Of a stretch of 62,074 nt of DNA, positions 17,723-28,248 are shown one piece after another. The notes under the pieces were generated by a model that saw only the letters and a list, made by a program, of their open reading frames with translations, had not been told where the DNA came from and ran no database searches. The stretch is from a virus. Where the stretch lies: IMG/VR virus record IMGVR_UViG_3300045988_098821. One strand, given 5' to 3'. The position numbers and the translations under genes are program-made. Position 1 is the stretch's first letter, and every line of letters begins with the position of its first letter.

Positions 17723-18220
17723 TCACTCCTGCGTTTTTTTTATAAAGAATTCAGACACATTAATTCCTGCTCCAACTTCCATATCTCCGCCGAATGGAGT
17801 GATAGTAACTTGTCCGTTGTCTTTAATTCTAAGATCAAAACCGTTAGTATTAGTGGTGTGGATCTTGCGAAATATTGAGAACATAGGTGCTGGCGTCACA
17901 GTAAACAGTTTATATTCGGTTCCGTTTGTAAGTTTCAATTTCGTACCATCAGAAATTCTAATCCATGTTACAGATCCTAAGTCTGCAATGTAACAAACTA
18001 GATAGCCAGTGTTGACACTTCTACTTTTAGGAACTATAAGAGAGTTAATAGCTTCCCTTTCTTCATTAACTTCTTTGGATCCATAGGGGCTACCTTCTTG
18101 AGAGTACTCAGTAACATCAGTGAAAGAAACTGTATTGTCGCTGTTGTTCGTCATTTTGTATTTCTTATTTTCGGTTGTGTTTTTCAATACGCTGTCTTTA
18201 AAATCAGTTCTTAATGCCAT
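17723..18220 (-). CDS. Tail/baseplate-associated hypothetical protein (165 aa)
   Basis: ORF track; position. Confidence 0.55.
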   Translation of the reverse strand: MALRTDFKDSVLKNTTENKKYKMTNNSDNTVSFTDVTEYSQEGSPYGSKEVNEEREAINSLIVPKSRSVNTGYLVCYIADLGSVTWIRISDGTKLKLTNGTEYKLFTVTPAPMFSIFRKIHTTNTNGFDLRIKDNGQVTITPFGGDMEVGAGINVSEFFIKKTQE

Positions 18221-18231
18221 AACGATACCTC

Positions 18232-18642
18232 CTATAACTTCATTCCAAGCTTGATATCACCGAGCTTGTTCTTGTTTTTCTTGATGCTGTTCAAACCATT
18301 GTAGTAATCAACAGTCATCTGCTCATATCTGTTCATATCCTCATAAGACGGTGTCTGTTGATTTGGATTCCAGTTCTTCATATCTGATAATGTGTATTTT
18401 ACAAAACCGAACGACTTGTCATGTAAAAGCTTCAAGTTCAATTCAATCTGATTGAATTCATCTGCATACGGGAAATCGGAATATGTCTTATTATCTCCCA
18501 TCTTTTCATATTCGTATTCAGGAAACAACTCAAAAGACAAGTCGATCAGATATTGTATGTTGTTCTTGATTCTATTGTAATCAGTATGAGAAAAATACGA
18601 GTGTTCTCCCCAATTAGTATATGGTGTCGAAAATGATGCCAT
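18232..18642 (-). CDS. Tail/baseplate-associated hypothetical protein
   Basis: ATG 18642 (MASFSTPYTNW...) after GGAGG; the longer track form overlaps the upstream gene. Confidence 0.55.
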   Translation of the reverse strand: MASFSTPYTNWGEHSYFSHTDYNRIKNNIQYLIDLSFELFPEYEYEKMGDNKTYSDFPYADEFNQIELNLKLLHDKSFGFVKYTLSDMKNWNPNQQTPSYEDMNRYEQMTVDYYNGLNSIKKNKNKLGDIKLGMKL

Positions 18643-18646
18643 GCTA

Positions 18647-20884
18647 TTACCTCCTTGTTTCAAGCGTTCCACTTACAGTTCCGTCATAGGTCAGCGACAC
18701 GCTTTCCGCTACCGTCTTAATCATTTCTCCATCACGATTTTCTTGATAGATTGTATCTCCGGCATCCAGTGCAGGTTCTCCACGGTAATCGATAGAGTAA
18801 TCAATTCCTGGATTGTAATAATCAGCTACCCATTTGCAGACTTTATCGCAGAGTTCCTTATCCGAAATCAGCGGATTGCTCCAATCTTTTTCAACACCGT
18901 AATTGCTGATTTCCGCAACGGAATAAGCGTTTGACTGATTGAATTTTTTACCGTTAACGATGACTTGAACATTCTTGCCCCTGTCATTTCCGCTAAGTTT
19001 AAGTTCAACAAAATATGCTCCACTGTCCGAAATCGCAACACTTTGACCATTTGCCTGATTCTCAAGAGAAGCTGTATAAGAATGATGTGGTTCGTCAAAC
19101 GTATATAGCAAAGTTTCATTCGTCCACTCAACCTCTTCGCTTACTACTTCTTCAATCGTATCGGATTTTGAATAGACAGTTCTGATATTCTTTAACCGCT
19201 TGATATTCTCCGACTTACTCATAGTCGGACTGGAATACATATCATCTCTTTCGATTGTATAATCGATGTCTTTACCAAGCTCAATATAATCAACCACAAG
19301 CCTTGTATTTGCATTGATTCTTCCAAACTCAATAACCATCTTGTCGAATTCTTTAAACTGGTGATCTGTAGTCCATGTTTTCACATCAGCATAGTTGATT
19401 TTTCCATCAGAAATTCCGATAGATTCAACAATCTGGTTTTTCAGATAAGTGTTAATGCTCATCGTATTGGGGAACAAATGATACACTTTCACTTTCATTC
19501 CATTGCTTTTTCTAGGAACCTCAAACGTCTTTACAATCTGCGGAGGTGTCGAAAACGTTCCACCTTTAGAAGCAATATCTTTTGTAACAAATCCGACATC
19601 ATCTTTAACACCAGTCCTCGGAAGAAACGGCGGTCTGCTACCGAGCTTCCACATTGAATCTTCATATGTCGCATAACGCGTCTTTTCATTGTCAATATTC
19701 ACATTGAAAACATCAGAGAAATATGCAGTCTCAGTAGAAGTTGTCTCTGCATCCGGGTCGAATGCTGACTTGATACAGATTTTTCCATATCTATCCACAG
19801 TCAAAATACATCTTCCGGCGTTTGCGATAATCTGCAATGCTTCTTTGTGCGACACTAATGGAATAGGGTTTCTTACCTCTACGGACTGCAAATACTTGTC
19901 AATAGAAAACTTATCTTGAGGAATCGAATAAGTACCGATTGCATCAGCAATTACATGATTTGCTAAAACATACAGCGTAATTCCATTTGCGTTCCAGTCT
20001 CCACGGTAATAGTCACCATCACCGAACTGTTGAAGAACGTCTACGGCTGTAATTCTCGCTTCTTCGTCACTGGCTGACCATTCACTCAACTTTAACGTGT
20101 GCAGTAGAATCCACTCTGTTGTTCCATCGTCAAGGTCATATCCCATCTGGACAACTACATCCTGTCCTGTCCTTAGATAATTGATAATTGATTCCTTATT
20201 GTCGTAATCGAATTTCTTATCGTTATTATCAAGAGTAAGCGTGAAGTTAATCTCCGGCAAATCCGCGTTGATATGTGATATCGTAGAAGTCGATTCTGCG
20301 TTGATTATGTCATTATCTGTAAAAACTATCGCATTTCCAAATAAAATGCTTTCAATACGCACACGATTGTTTGTAGCGGACATTGCAGTGATTTTTATCT
20401 CAAGAGAAGTTGTGTTATCAAATCTATCATCTGTCGTAAAGTTCAGGCTGCTGTTTGAATAGCTCTTTGATGTTCCATCAGATGTGATTATGCTGAATTC
20501 GCTAGGATAATTCCCGGCGAACTTTATAGTTAATCCGGCAATGTCAACATTCTCTTGAAATGTCATTTTCACCGAGAAACTGTTTGAAAACAGATTCTTC
20601 GATACGATTCCAACAGGTTCATACTGAGCTGCTGAATCCGGGAGAAATCTCATAGAACCGTCAAGCATCCAAAAGTTATTCTCATAGGTTGCATACTGGC
20701 TTTGAACTTCTTTCTGTTCAAACACTCCATCAAAATCAGAAAATCCGGCATACTGGCTTTGATTACTCAGCAATGCCTGACTCTGTGCTGTATCATTTAT
20801 AACGCCGAGTGTTACTTTCATGTAAGAAGCATTTCTCAGCGGATTTTTCATCGATTCTCTATATGCATCTGATACTTCGTACAT
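18647..20884 (-). CDS. Large tail-tip/baseplate protein (Tal-like position)
   Basis: ~745 aa immediately after the Dit-position gene and tape measure; starts MYEVSDAYRESMKNPLRNASYMKVTLGV. Confidence 0.6.
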   Translation of the reverse strand: MYEVSDAYRESMKNPLRNASYMKVTLGVINDTAQSQALLSNQSQYAGFSDFDGVFEQKEVQSQYATYENNFWMLDGSMRFLPDSAAQYEPVGIVSKNLFSNSFSVKMTFQENVDIAGLTIKFAGNYPSEFSIITSDGTSKSYSNSSLNFTTDDRFDNTTSLEIKITAMSATNNRVRIESILFGNAIVFTDNDIINAESTSTISHINADLPEINFTLTLDNNDKKFDYDNKESIINYLRTGQDVVVQMGYDLDDGTTEWILLHTLKLSEWSASDEEARITAVDVLQQFGDGDYYRGDWNANGITLYVLANHVIADAIGTYSIPQDKFSIDKYLQSVEVRNPIPLVSHKEALQIIANAGRCILTVDRYGKICIKSAFDPDAETTSTETAYFSDVFNVNIDNEKTRYATYEDSMWKLGSRPPFLPRTGVKDDVGFVTKDIASKGGTFSTPPQIVKTFEVPRKSNGMKVKVYHLFPNTMSINTYLKNQIVESIGISDGKINYADVKTWTTDHQFKEFDKMVIEFGRINANTRLVVDYIELGKDIDYTIERDDMYSSPTMSKSENIKRLKNIRTVYSKSDTIEEVVSEEVEWTNETLLYTFDEPHHSYTASLENQANGQSVAISDSGAYFVELKLSGNDRGKNVQVIVNGKKFNQSNAYSVAEISNYGVEKDWSNPLISDKELCDKVCKWVADYYNPGIDYSIDYRGEPALDAGDTIYQENRDGEMIKTVAESVSLTYDGTVSGTLETRR

Positions 20885-20885
20885 C

Positions 20886-21275
20886 CTACCACCCCGCATC
20901 AATCAGATTCATTTTACAGTTGATATACGCAAGAGGACGGCCGGATGAGTCTATCTTGAACACATCTGCCGTCCTGTCTCCGCAATACATTGTTAATGTA
21001 CGCCACTTATTATTTACCATATCCCAAAATCGAACACTACTAAAGAAATTCTTATCAAACTCTTGTAGCATTGTTGACCAAGTTTCTGCATCCAAATATG
21101 GCCACTCCAATGAATCTATCTTATAGTTATCACGACCAATTTTCTGCCCAACCACTTTATTTTCTGCATTTCTCGCAGCATTTGTAGCTGTAGTAACTTG
21201 AAAATTCGGATAATATTTCGGTGCTGGATATTGATGACCATTTACAATGATGAAATCACTCAATTTAATTGACAT
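20886..21275 (-). CDS. Distal-tail-position protein (129 aa)
   Basis: ORF track; first gene after the tape measure. Confidence 0.5.
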   Translation of the reverse strand: MSIKLSDFIIVNGHQYPAPKYYPNFQVTTATNAARNAENKVVGQKIGRDNYKIDSLEWPYLDAETWSTMLQEFDKNFFSSVRFWDMVNNKWRTLTMYCGDRTADVFKIDSSGRPLAYINCKMNLIDAGW

Positions 21276-21288
21276 ATCCTAGCACCTC

Positions 21289-24200
21289 CTATGTTGTACC
21301 GAAACTGTATCCAGAGTTTCTTCTTCCCCTTGACAGTTCTTTATTTACTTTCTTGCTGTTCATCATCAGTGATGTATTTTTTCTAAGAAGTCTCTCATTC
21401 TGCTCGATAAGCTTCTGTAAAAGTCTTTCTGTATTTTTGTTCGCTTCTGCAACTCCGTTGGATACTCCGGTCACAATCTGATTGTTGTTAGCAACCACAT
21501 TTCTATTTCCCATTCTTCCAACGTATTCCGGTGCTTTCTCATTCGCCACAAACAGCTCGCCATTCTGAGGAAATCCACCTACAGAATATTTCCCGACCAC
21601 ATCAGACAGCTTGAATGTACCGATACCGTTTGCGTATCCTTTGTATCCACGGGCAGTCCATCCAGCGTACAGGCTTCCGTATCTTTTGACTGTGTAATTG
21701 ATAGCAGCGATCATGTTTGACAGTGGATCGTATATGTTTGTGTTGAATCCAGCCATCGCATTTGCACGGAATGTCGGGTCAATTACCTGCATCAGTCCTT
21801 TTGACGGAATACCTCTGATTGCGTTGATATCCCAGTTGTTGATAGCGTTCGGATTTCCACCCGACTCATGCATCATCTGAGTTAGCAAGGCATTCAGATT
21901 GGATTCGCTGAACTGATTTGTCAGTAAAAGAGCTTTTTTCGCAAGTCCTCTCCACTGCTCCACTCCGGCAGATGGTTTGTAATCAACAGCACCGAAACTG
22001 TCAAAGAATCCTTTGATTTTGGAAACTGCTGTTTCAAACAGTGAATTAACTGCCGTCTTTGCAATTGTGATTCCAGGCTCAAGTGCTCCTGTCAAATCTG
22101 TGAATTTATCAATTGCTGCTTTAAGAAGCTTCTTCGGGTCTTTGATGTAACCTAAAATGTTACTTGCAATATCGCTGATTTTGTCTGCTGTACTTCCAAA
22201 GAAATTACCGATTCCAGATTTATACTTCTTCACGCCAGTAATTCCCATCAATGCTGCTGTTTGACCAGCTGGCATTACCTTTGTACCTTTCGGCATCGGC
22301 AGAACGACATTTCTTCCTGTTGGAATTACTGTTTGTCCGTTCGGATACTGGACAAGCTCTCTGTAGGTATTTCCTGACTGGTCGTTGACAACACCAAAGG
22401 AATCTCTCGCGACTCCGTTTGTACCGCTTGCGTACTTATTAAGTCCAGAGACGTTAATCAGATCGCCGTCTCCACCTAATTTTCCGTAAACCCAGTTCAC
22501 AGCATTAGCGATTGCTTTTACTGCTCCTAAAACAGGTGATTTTATCCAACCTGCTACAGTATTGAAGTATCCACCAATCTTGTTAAAAATTGAAGTAATT
22601 CCGTTGTATGCTGACTTAAAAATATCCTTGAACCACTGAGCAATCGGCTTCAGATTTGACTTGATATCTTCACGTTTTTGACCAAACCAAGAACCGATGT
22701 TTGAAAATACATTCGTTATACCGTCTCTAGCAGCTTGAAATTTTTTCGAAAACCACTGTACAATTGGTGAGAAAATTGTTGTAATCGCCATAAAAAGCAA
22801 TTGGAATAAAGATGAAATATATTGCTTAAATCCAAGAACAATATCTTCTACTCCTTTCCAAGCTTTTCCCCAATCTCCAGTAAATGCACCTGTCACAAAT
22901 GTAATTAAACCTTGAATTATCTTTATCGCTCCACTCACCATTCCAGTGATAACAGAAACAACTTGTGCTATCTTTTTGATTATTATTGACAGCACTGCTC
23001 CGATTGCTTTTACTGCGGAAATCATTGTTGATTCGAACAGCTCTTTTGCTCCACTTGATGCGTATAAATCGTAAATAGAATTAAACAGTTCTTTTAGGTT
23101 CTCCCAAAGTGGTTTAAATCCGTTATCCCAAATTTCTTTTTTCGCAAAAGAAAATGCATCTCCAATTTCCCCAACAGCATTTTTTACAGCATCTCTGAAT
23201 CCATCAGAAGTTTTCCACAAGTCCATGAGTTCAGCAACTAAAATTGTAATTCCGGCAACAATCAATAAAGTTGTTGGAGATAATGTAATAAGAGATTTAA
23301 AGTTTAGCTTTCCTGCAACTTCCTTTATTTTATTGAATTTTTCTGCCATTCCATCTAATTTTGGAAGAATTTCAGCTATTTTCTTTGTGATTTCACCTGT
23401 TGCTCCGATTCCAATAACAGATGCAAGTATTCCTGTATTTTCACCACCGTCAGAAGCAAACTTGAAGGCATTCTTTATTCCATCAATAATCTGTGATCCA
23501 AGTTCTTTCCAATTGGCATTCTGAATAAATGTTATAATTGACTCTATTACAAGAGCAACCATTCTTCCGATGGATTCTCCGATTGTTCCAAGATTGATAG
23601 AATCTAACGCACCGTTAAAAGCATCAGCCAACGCCATTCCAATGTCTTCACCTTTAAGTTCTCTCAGTACACCGACAAGTGTGTTCCAAGAAATCATAAA
23701 ATACGCCCCGAGAGTGTATCCTATCGTTCCCCAGTCAATGTTTTGAATTCCTGTTGAAATAGCTGTTCCGATTCCAGTTCCAAGATTCGTCCAGTTAAAT
23801 CCTGTAATCAAAAGCTGTGCAGTATTGAAAACCGTATTCACTCCGGCAGCAACAGTAGCTCCCATTAACGGCCATTCAATATTGTCAACAAGGCTATTCA
23901 TTGTTGTGGTAAAAGCATTGCAGAAATAAGTAATCTTTTCCCCATGCTTATTCCAGTCAAATATGTCATATAATTTCTGCATTCCGGCATTTACGCCCTC
24001 TGCCATGATTGAGCCTAGAGAAGTCCAATCTTGAGCTTTGAACGCTTCTCTGAGCCGTTTAGCATAATCAGAAATAGCTTTAGTCGGTTCAGTTGTCTCA
24101 AACATTTCAGAAACATCTGGTCCCGTATAAGCACCGGAACTTCCGTCAGCTCCACCACTTGAACTTGAGCTTGATGTTGTCGGCTGGATTACATTTAGTT

Positions 24201-25398
24201 CATCAATTCCAAGAGTATAGTTCTCAAGGTCTTTTGCTGCTTTTGCCGCATCACTTCCAGCTTTTTTAGCACTACTTCCAGTGGATGTGAGTGTTTTTCC
24301 GTAGTCTTTCCATGCTTTTTTTGCTTGCACCACTGCTGTTTTTCCAGTCAATACAGCCATGAACTGCGCGACCTTATTCATTGCATTTGCAAGCATATCA
24401 ATAAATGCTGAAATATACGGTCCGACTACATTGATAATCGGAGCAAAAGCCGCCGCCCATGCATTCTTCAAATACAGAAGAGATGTGACAATACCAGAAA
24501 TGCTCTTATTGTAATCAGAACTGTATTGAACAAGGTTATTTGAACCTTCCTTGATTGCATTGTTTATTGCGCTTAATGCTGAAAATACAGTGGAAAATAC
24601 AAGTGACATTCCAAGCATTCTTCCCATTGACATTTGACCACCAGATTTGTTTGTTCTGGTAATCAAATTCTTGAGATCTTTTGCCTTAGAAACTACGCCA
24701 CTAACTGTTTTCTCCATCTTCCCAAACGTATTGGAAAGAGATTTTGAAACTTTCTGAGTGCCGGAAAGAATATTCGAAAGCTTAGACGCTTCTTTTGATT
24801 CTTCAGCAATTCCTTTGTCTTTGCCTGGAGCATTTTTTGAAATTTTTTGTTCCGTTTCCGCTCCACCCTGGCTGACAGGTGATTGCACTTGTATACTTTT
24901 TATTTCATTCAACAAATTCTTATACTGCTGAGCTTTTTGAATCTGTTTTTCCCAAGCATCACCGGAGATAAAAGAAGTCCCTTTTCTTTCCATGGTGTCG
25001 TTAATGCCTTGCATCGTGTTTTTAAGCTTTTTGGAAATATCTTCTTGCATTTTCGCAAGTTCTTCTACTCCAAGGTCATTTACTTTAAAATCAACCATAA
25101 GTTTGGAATTTTTATACTTTTCCATAAGCTCATCATATGACTTTGTGGCTTTTTTCACCTTTTTATCGTCAACATCAATCTTGACTTTTTTCTTTCCGAT
25201 TGAATCTTCTTTATCAGCGATATTATCAAGGTCTTTTTCCAAGCTTTTTGTAGAATTAAAGCTGAAATCTTTCCCCATAACAGTGGAAAGTCCTTGCTTT
25301 ACTTCTTTTATTTTTGCAATTAATTTGTCGAGTTCCGCATTTGCTGACTTAGCCGACGCTTCAACTTTTACCTCAAGAGAGTCAACCTCTGTTCCCAT
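21289..25398 (-). CDS. Tape measure protein with lytic transglycosylase (SLT) domain
   Basis: 1369 aa; Gly/Ala/Ile-rich hydrophobic middle; SLT motif LTQMMHESGGNPNAINNWD...GLMQVIDPTF...AAINYTVKRYG. Confidence 0.9.
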   Translation of the reverse strand: MGTEVDSLEVKVEASAKSANAELDKLIAKIKEVKQGLSTVMGKDFSFNSTKSLEKDLDNIADKEDSIGKKKVKIDVDDKKVKKATKSYDELMEKYKNSKLMVDFKVNDLGVEELAKMQEDISKKLKNTMQGINDTMERKGTSFISGDAWEKQIQKAQQYKNLLNEIKSIQVQSPVSQGGAETEQKISKNAPGKDKGIAEESKEASKLSNILSGTQKVSKSLSNTFGKMEKTVSGVVSKAKDLKNLITRTNKSGGQMSMGRMLGMSLVFSTVFSALSAINNAIKEGSNNLVQYSSDYNKSISGIVTSLLYLKNAWAAAFAPIINVVGPYISAFIDMLANAMNKVAQFMAVLTGKTAVVQAKKAWKDYGKTLTSTGSSAKKAGSDAAKAAKDLENYTLGIDELNVIQPTTSSSSSSGGADGSSGAYTGPDVSEMFETTEPTKAISDYAKRLREAFKAQDWTSLGSIMAEGVNAGMQKLYDIFDWNKHGEKITYFCNAFTTTMNSLVDNIEWPLMGATVAAGVNTVFNTAQLLITGFNWTNLGTGIGTAISTGIQNIDWGTIGYTLGAYFMISWNTLVGVLRELKGEDIGMALADAFNGALDSINLGTIGESIGRMVALVIESIITFIQNANWKELGSQIIDGIKNAFKFASDGGENTGILASVIGIGATGEITKKIAEILPKLDGMAEKFNKIKEVAGKLNFKSLITLSPTTLLIVAGITILVAELMDLWKTSDGFRDAVKNAVGEIGDAFSFAKKEIWDNGFKPLWENLKELFNSIYDLYASSGAKELFESTMISAVKAIGAVLSIIIKKIAQVVSVITGMVSGAIKIIQGLITFVTGAFTGDWGKAWKGVEDIVLGFKQYISSLFQLLFMAITTIFSPIVQWFSKKFQAARDGITNVFSNIGSWFGQKREDIKSNLKPIAQWFKDIFKSAYNGITSIFNKIGGYFNTVAGWIKSPVLGAVKAIANAVNWVYGKLGGDGDLINVSGLNKYASGTNGVARDSFGVVNDQSGNTYRELVQYPNGQTVIPTGRNVVLPMPKGTKVMPAGQTAALMGITGVKKYKSGIGNFFGSTADKISDIASNILGYIKDPKKLLKAAIDKFTDLTGALEPGITIAKTAVNSLFETAVSKIKGFFDSFGAVDYKPSAGVEQWRGLAKKALLLTNQFSESNLNALLTQMMHESGGNPNAINNWDINAIRGIPSKGLMQVIDPTFRANAMAGFNTNIYDPLSNMIAAINYTVKRYGSLYAGWTARGYKGYANGIGTFKLSDVVGKYSVGGFPQNGELFVANEKAPEYVGRMGNRNVVANNNQIVTGVSNGVAEANKNTERLLQKLIEQNERLLRKNTSLMMNSKKVNKELSRGRRNSGYSFGTT

Positions 25399-25443
25399 GT
25401 TTTCACCACCTTTTTACAAAAAATAAAGGATGGTGAACCCATC

Positions 25444-25761
25444 CTAATTTATCGATGTCTCCGGCAATCCTCTTGCCCTGTCTGCTGCAATCCAAGCATC
25501 CATTTTTCTGATTTCCTCTTCCATCTCACGAAGTTCACGTTCTTCATCAGTCATTCGCGATTCTTCAATTAATGTTTTCAGAATCGGTTTCTTCAGATAC
25601 TTTTCTTCTTTGACAAAGCACGTATTGATTGCACTGATAAGATATTGCCCTGACATCCAATTCATATAATCAATATCAAGGAGTTGCTCTTCGTATCCGG
25701 CAGATACCGCTTTCAGGATTCTAGGATTCATACTCCAAAATTCTGTCCAACCAACTCCCAT
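25444..25761 (-). CDS. Tail assembly chaperone, downstream (-1 frame) segment (gpT-like position)
   Basis: ORF track 105 aa; its frame is -1 relative to 25821..26174 and stays open upstream across that gene's stop codon. Confidence 0.5.
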   Translation of the reverse strand: MGVGWTEFWSMNPRILKAVSAGYEEQLLDIDYMNWMSGQYLISAINTCFVKEEKYLKKPILKTLIEESRMTDEERELREMEEEIRKMDAWIAADRARGLPETSIN

Positions 25762-25820
25762 TTTTTTTGCTTGCGGATACCATTCACAGGTGAAAAACTC
25801 ACGCTGAGAACGGTACGATC

Positions 25821-26174
25821 TTACTTCGCTGCTGTTGTTTTTCTGCCGCCAGTGTTCTTCTTCTCCTGATTCTTTGTAGCTTCCGCTTCCGCTCTCTTGT
25901 TGAGGTTGCGAAAAAAATCAGACTGTTCCATTTCTTCTTGCATTACTTTGGTTGCGTCATCCATTGTGCCACCATTCAGAATATGCTCTTGAATCTCAAG
26001 TCCGGCATCTGCACGTCTTTTTCCCATGCACAGCGCAATATATCCTCTAACCATGCTCATCGGTTTCTCTTCCATGGAGTCAACTGATACGCCCATGTCC
26101 TCAAGGTCGCAAACAAGGTTAAAGTCAAAAGGTTTCCCTGAATATTCTTTTCCATTAATTTCAAATGTTTTCAT
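25821..26174 (-). CDS. Tail assembly chaperone (gpG-like position)
   Basis: ATG 26174 (MKTFEINGKEYSGKPFDFNLVCDLEDMGV) preferred; lies between the tube and tape measure genes. Confidence 0.55.
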   Translation of the reverse strand: MKTFEINGKEYSGKPFDFNLVCDLEDMGVSVDSMEEKPMSMVRGYIALCMGKRRADAGLEIQEHILNGGTMDDATKVMQEEMEQSDFFRNLNKRAEAEATKNQEKKNTGGRKTTAAK

Positions 26175-26271
26175 GTCTTTGTATTCCTTCCCGTAATTTT
26201 TATATGGGAAGGGCGCCACTAAGAGCGCCCGTTCCTGTTGTTATTCTGTAATGTCAGCGTAATCAAATTTT

Positions 26272-26310
26272 ACGTTCCGAGTATTTGCTGACATGTCTTG
26301 CTCGGAACGT
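26272..26310 (-). promoter_or_regulatory. 10-bp-stem hairpin immediately 3' of the tail tube gene (RNA stabiliser or partial terminator)
   Basis: acgttccgag (26272-26281) pairs with ctcggaacgt (26301-26310); no clear U-tract. Confidence 0.45.
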
Positions 26311-26311
26311 G

Positions 26312-26806
26312 TTACCCCTTTGTTACTGTAAATGTGCCGTTTCCACCGTCAACGATTGTATACTCGTCTGTCACTTTCTTTGCGACAGTGTTCTGAATGA
26401 TGGTTGCTGTCATCTCACAGATTTCATCGACACCACCAACGTCTGACGGAGTAGCTGATACCTGTGCAACGTATGCATATTTTGCAACGCCACCGATACC
26501 GTCTGTTCCATATAACTGGAAGATAGCAACTCTTTTCTTCTCAAGTTTTCCAATATTGTCCAGATACTCTTTTTCAAGGTTTCCTGTTACCTCTTTTGCA
26601 TCAGACTGTTTAATACCCATCTCAAATGTCTGTGCATCATCTTCCATAGTTGTTGATTCAACTGTGTTTGGTGCAGACACCGGAGCTGGCATTGATTTTG
26701 CTTTCAGAAGCAGTTTGTAACTTCCGGCAAAATCAACTGCTGACAAATCTGCACTATCGTCTAATTCTTTGTAAATAGCTCTTACTTTATAACTGGTTGA
26801 AGCCAT
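26312..26806 (-). CDS. Major tail (tube) protein
   Basis: 164 aa; position upstream of the chaperones and tape measure. Confidence 0.6.
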   Translation of the reverse strand: MASTSYKVRAIYKELDDSADLSAVDFAGSYKLLLKAKSMPAPVSAPNTVESTTMEDDAQTFEMGIKQSDAKEVTGNLEKEYLDNIGKLEKKRVAIFQLYGTDGIGGVAKYAYVAQVSATPSDVGGVDEICEMTATIIQNTVAKKVTDEYTIVDGGNGTFTVTKG

Positions 26807-26853
26807 TTTTTACCTCCATTTCTGCCATTTAGGCAATAAAAAAGCCTTTCGTC

Positions 26854-27273
26854 TCAGTGCAACGCATCTATATTTCCGAGAGTTCGCCTTACTCGCATTA
26901 CGCATCGGTAATATTCGTCTCCGTCACTCTCTTCGGGAAATGAATTAATTTCAAACCCCATATTTTTGTATACCAAGGCAACCTCTTTCAAAACCGCCTT
27001 AGCTTCTTTAATACTTTTATCTGTACTTACTTCTACTTGCATGGAATACAAGATTCCGCTGATATCTTCACCGTCCAAAGTGCGTGCTTTTTCTGCACCA
27101 GGCAATTCACGAATGTAAACTGTTGGATATTTTACGGTCACGCCTTTAGGTTTTGAAGTAGTCGTGAAACGAATGTTCGGATACTTACTTTTCAGCTTAT
27201 CTCCTACTTTCTTCTGAACAATAGAGAAGATGTGTGTCTCTAAGTCGAAAACCCATGAATTATCCACTTCCAA
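26854..27273 (-). CDS. Tail terminator/neck protein (position-based)
   Basis: 139 aa; ORF track; position. Confidence 0.45.
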   Translation of the reverse strand: MEVDNSWVFDLETHIFSIVQKKVGDKLKSKYPNIRFTTTSKPKGVTVKYPTVYIRELPGAEKARTLDGEDISGILYSMQVEVSTDKSIKEAKAVLKEVALVYKNMGFEINSFPEESDGDEYYRCVMRVRRTLGNIDALH

Positions 27274-27799
27274 ACACCTCCTTCGCTACTTCTGAAACGG
27301 ATTTAATCATCTCAAGGCTTGCATTGTACATCGGCATAGTTGCTTTGATACCGTAAGAATGATGCCATTTTCCATCATCACCAAAGTAGTACCAGCCGTT
27401 CGGATCAGCCGCATGAGTCTGTCCCGGATAACTGCCAACACCGAATCCAAGCTCTCCGGCTTTTGGGTTTGGGATGCTGTTGTAACGAACACCGGCTCCG
27501 AATTCTATAGCGAACAGAAGATTGAACGGTTCTCTTCCCTCTGGATACTTTACTTCACCAGTGGCAATCAGTACCGCTTTGCATCCCATCTCTTCTTCTG
27601 TCTTATCACTTTTCAGAGTCACTGTTTTTCCGAGCGGAGATTCTGTCAGCTTTTCAACTGCGACAGTCTGTCCTCTCTCAATCAATTTTTCACAGAACAA
27701 GCTTAACTTAGGATCAAGCGATTTCTGGTAAGCTTCAATCTGTTTGATTGCTTCATCAATGCTCTTTTGCGATAATCCGAAACTGATTTTTGTGCTCAT
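27260..27799 (-). CDS. Neck/head-tail joining protein (position-based)
   Basis: 179 aa; ORF track; position. Confidence 0.45.
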   Translation of the reverse strand: MSTKISFGLSQKSIDEAIKQIEAYQKSLDPKLSLFCEKLIERGQTVAVEKLTESPLGKTVTLKSDKTEEEMGCKAVLIATGEVKYPEGREPFNLLFAIEFGAGVRYNSIPNPKAGELGFGVGSYPGQTHAADPNGWYYFGDDGKWHHSYGIKATMPMYNASLEMIKSVSEVAKEVFGSG

Positions 27800-27801
27800 T
27801 C

Positions 27802-28248
27802 TTATCCCTCTTTAATCAATCGTTGAAGCAAGAATGTATCTTCGTGCATAGCTTCATCGTTGACGTCCTTAACAACGTAGTCTGCGGAATTTTCATCCAC
27901 GTTTGGCATATTTATCGGGTCTTTGTATTTAATGGATGAATTGCGCCAAATACGCGCCCCTTTTGCCAATGGAAGAGTTCCTTTTGCACAGACAATCGTT
28001 GCCTTGTCAGAGGAATCATCAATGCCAAACGCCCGAATAAATGTATCGGTCAATGTAGAATTGATGTTCGCTCTGAATAACTTAGGATCCGTGTAGTGTG
28101 GTTCAGTCTCTCCTGACTCAACAGGAATCTGTTCTCCATCTACTTCGATGTACTTTACATTTCCATCATCATCAGTCATATATACCGGAGACGTACCATC
28201 TTGCAAGGAGTAGTACATTTTCTGCTTATTTCTGTTCAGTGTCCTCAC
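27802..28248 (-). CDS. Neck/head closure protein (position-based)
   Basis: 148 aa; ORF track; position. Confidence 0.45.
   Translation of the reverse strand: MRTLNRNKQKMYYSLQDGTSPVYMTDDDGNVKYIEVDGEQIPVESGETEPHYTDPKLFRANINSTLTDTFIRAFGIDDSSDKATIVCAKGTLPLAKGARIWRNSSIKYKDPINMPNVDENSADYVVKDVNDEAMHEDTFLLQRLIKEG

Noticed and set aside
21698-25426. Plus-strand ORFs inside the tape measure gene, and similar antisense ORFs inside most long minus-strand genes (e.g. 4297..4629, 13223..13573, 16204..16665, 24992..25426, 32540..32917, 58601..59071).
   Set aside because: They are nested antisense to long, motif-supported genes, have no RBSs, and have low-complexity or hydrophobic composition typical of antisense frames in AT-rich DNA.
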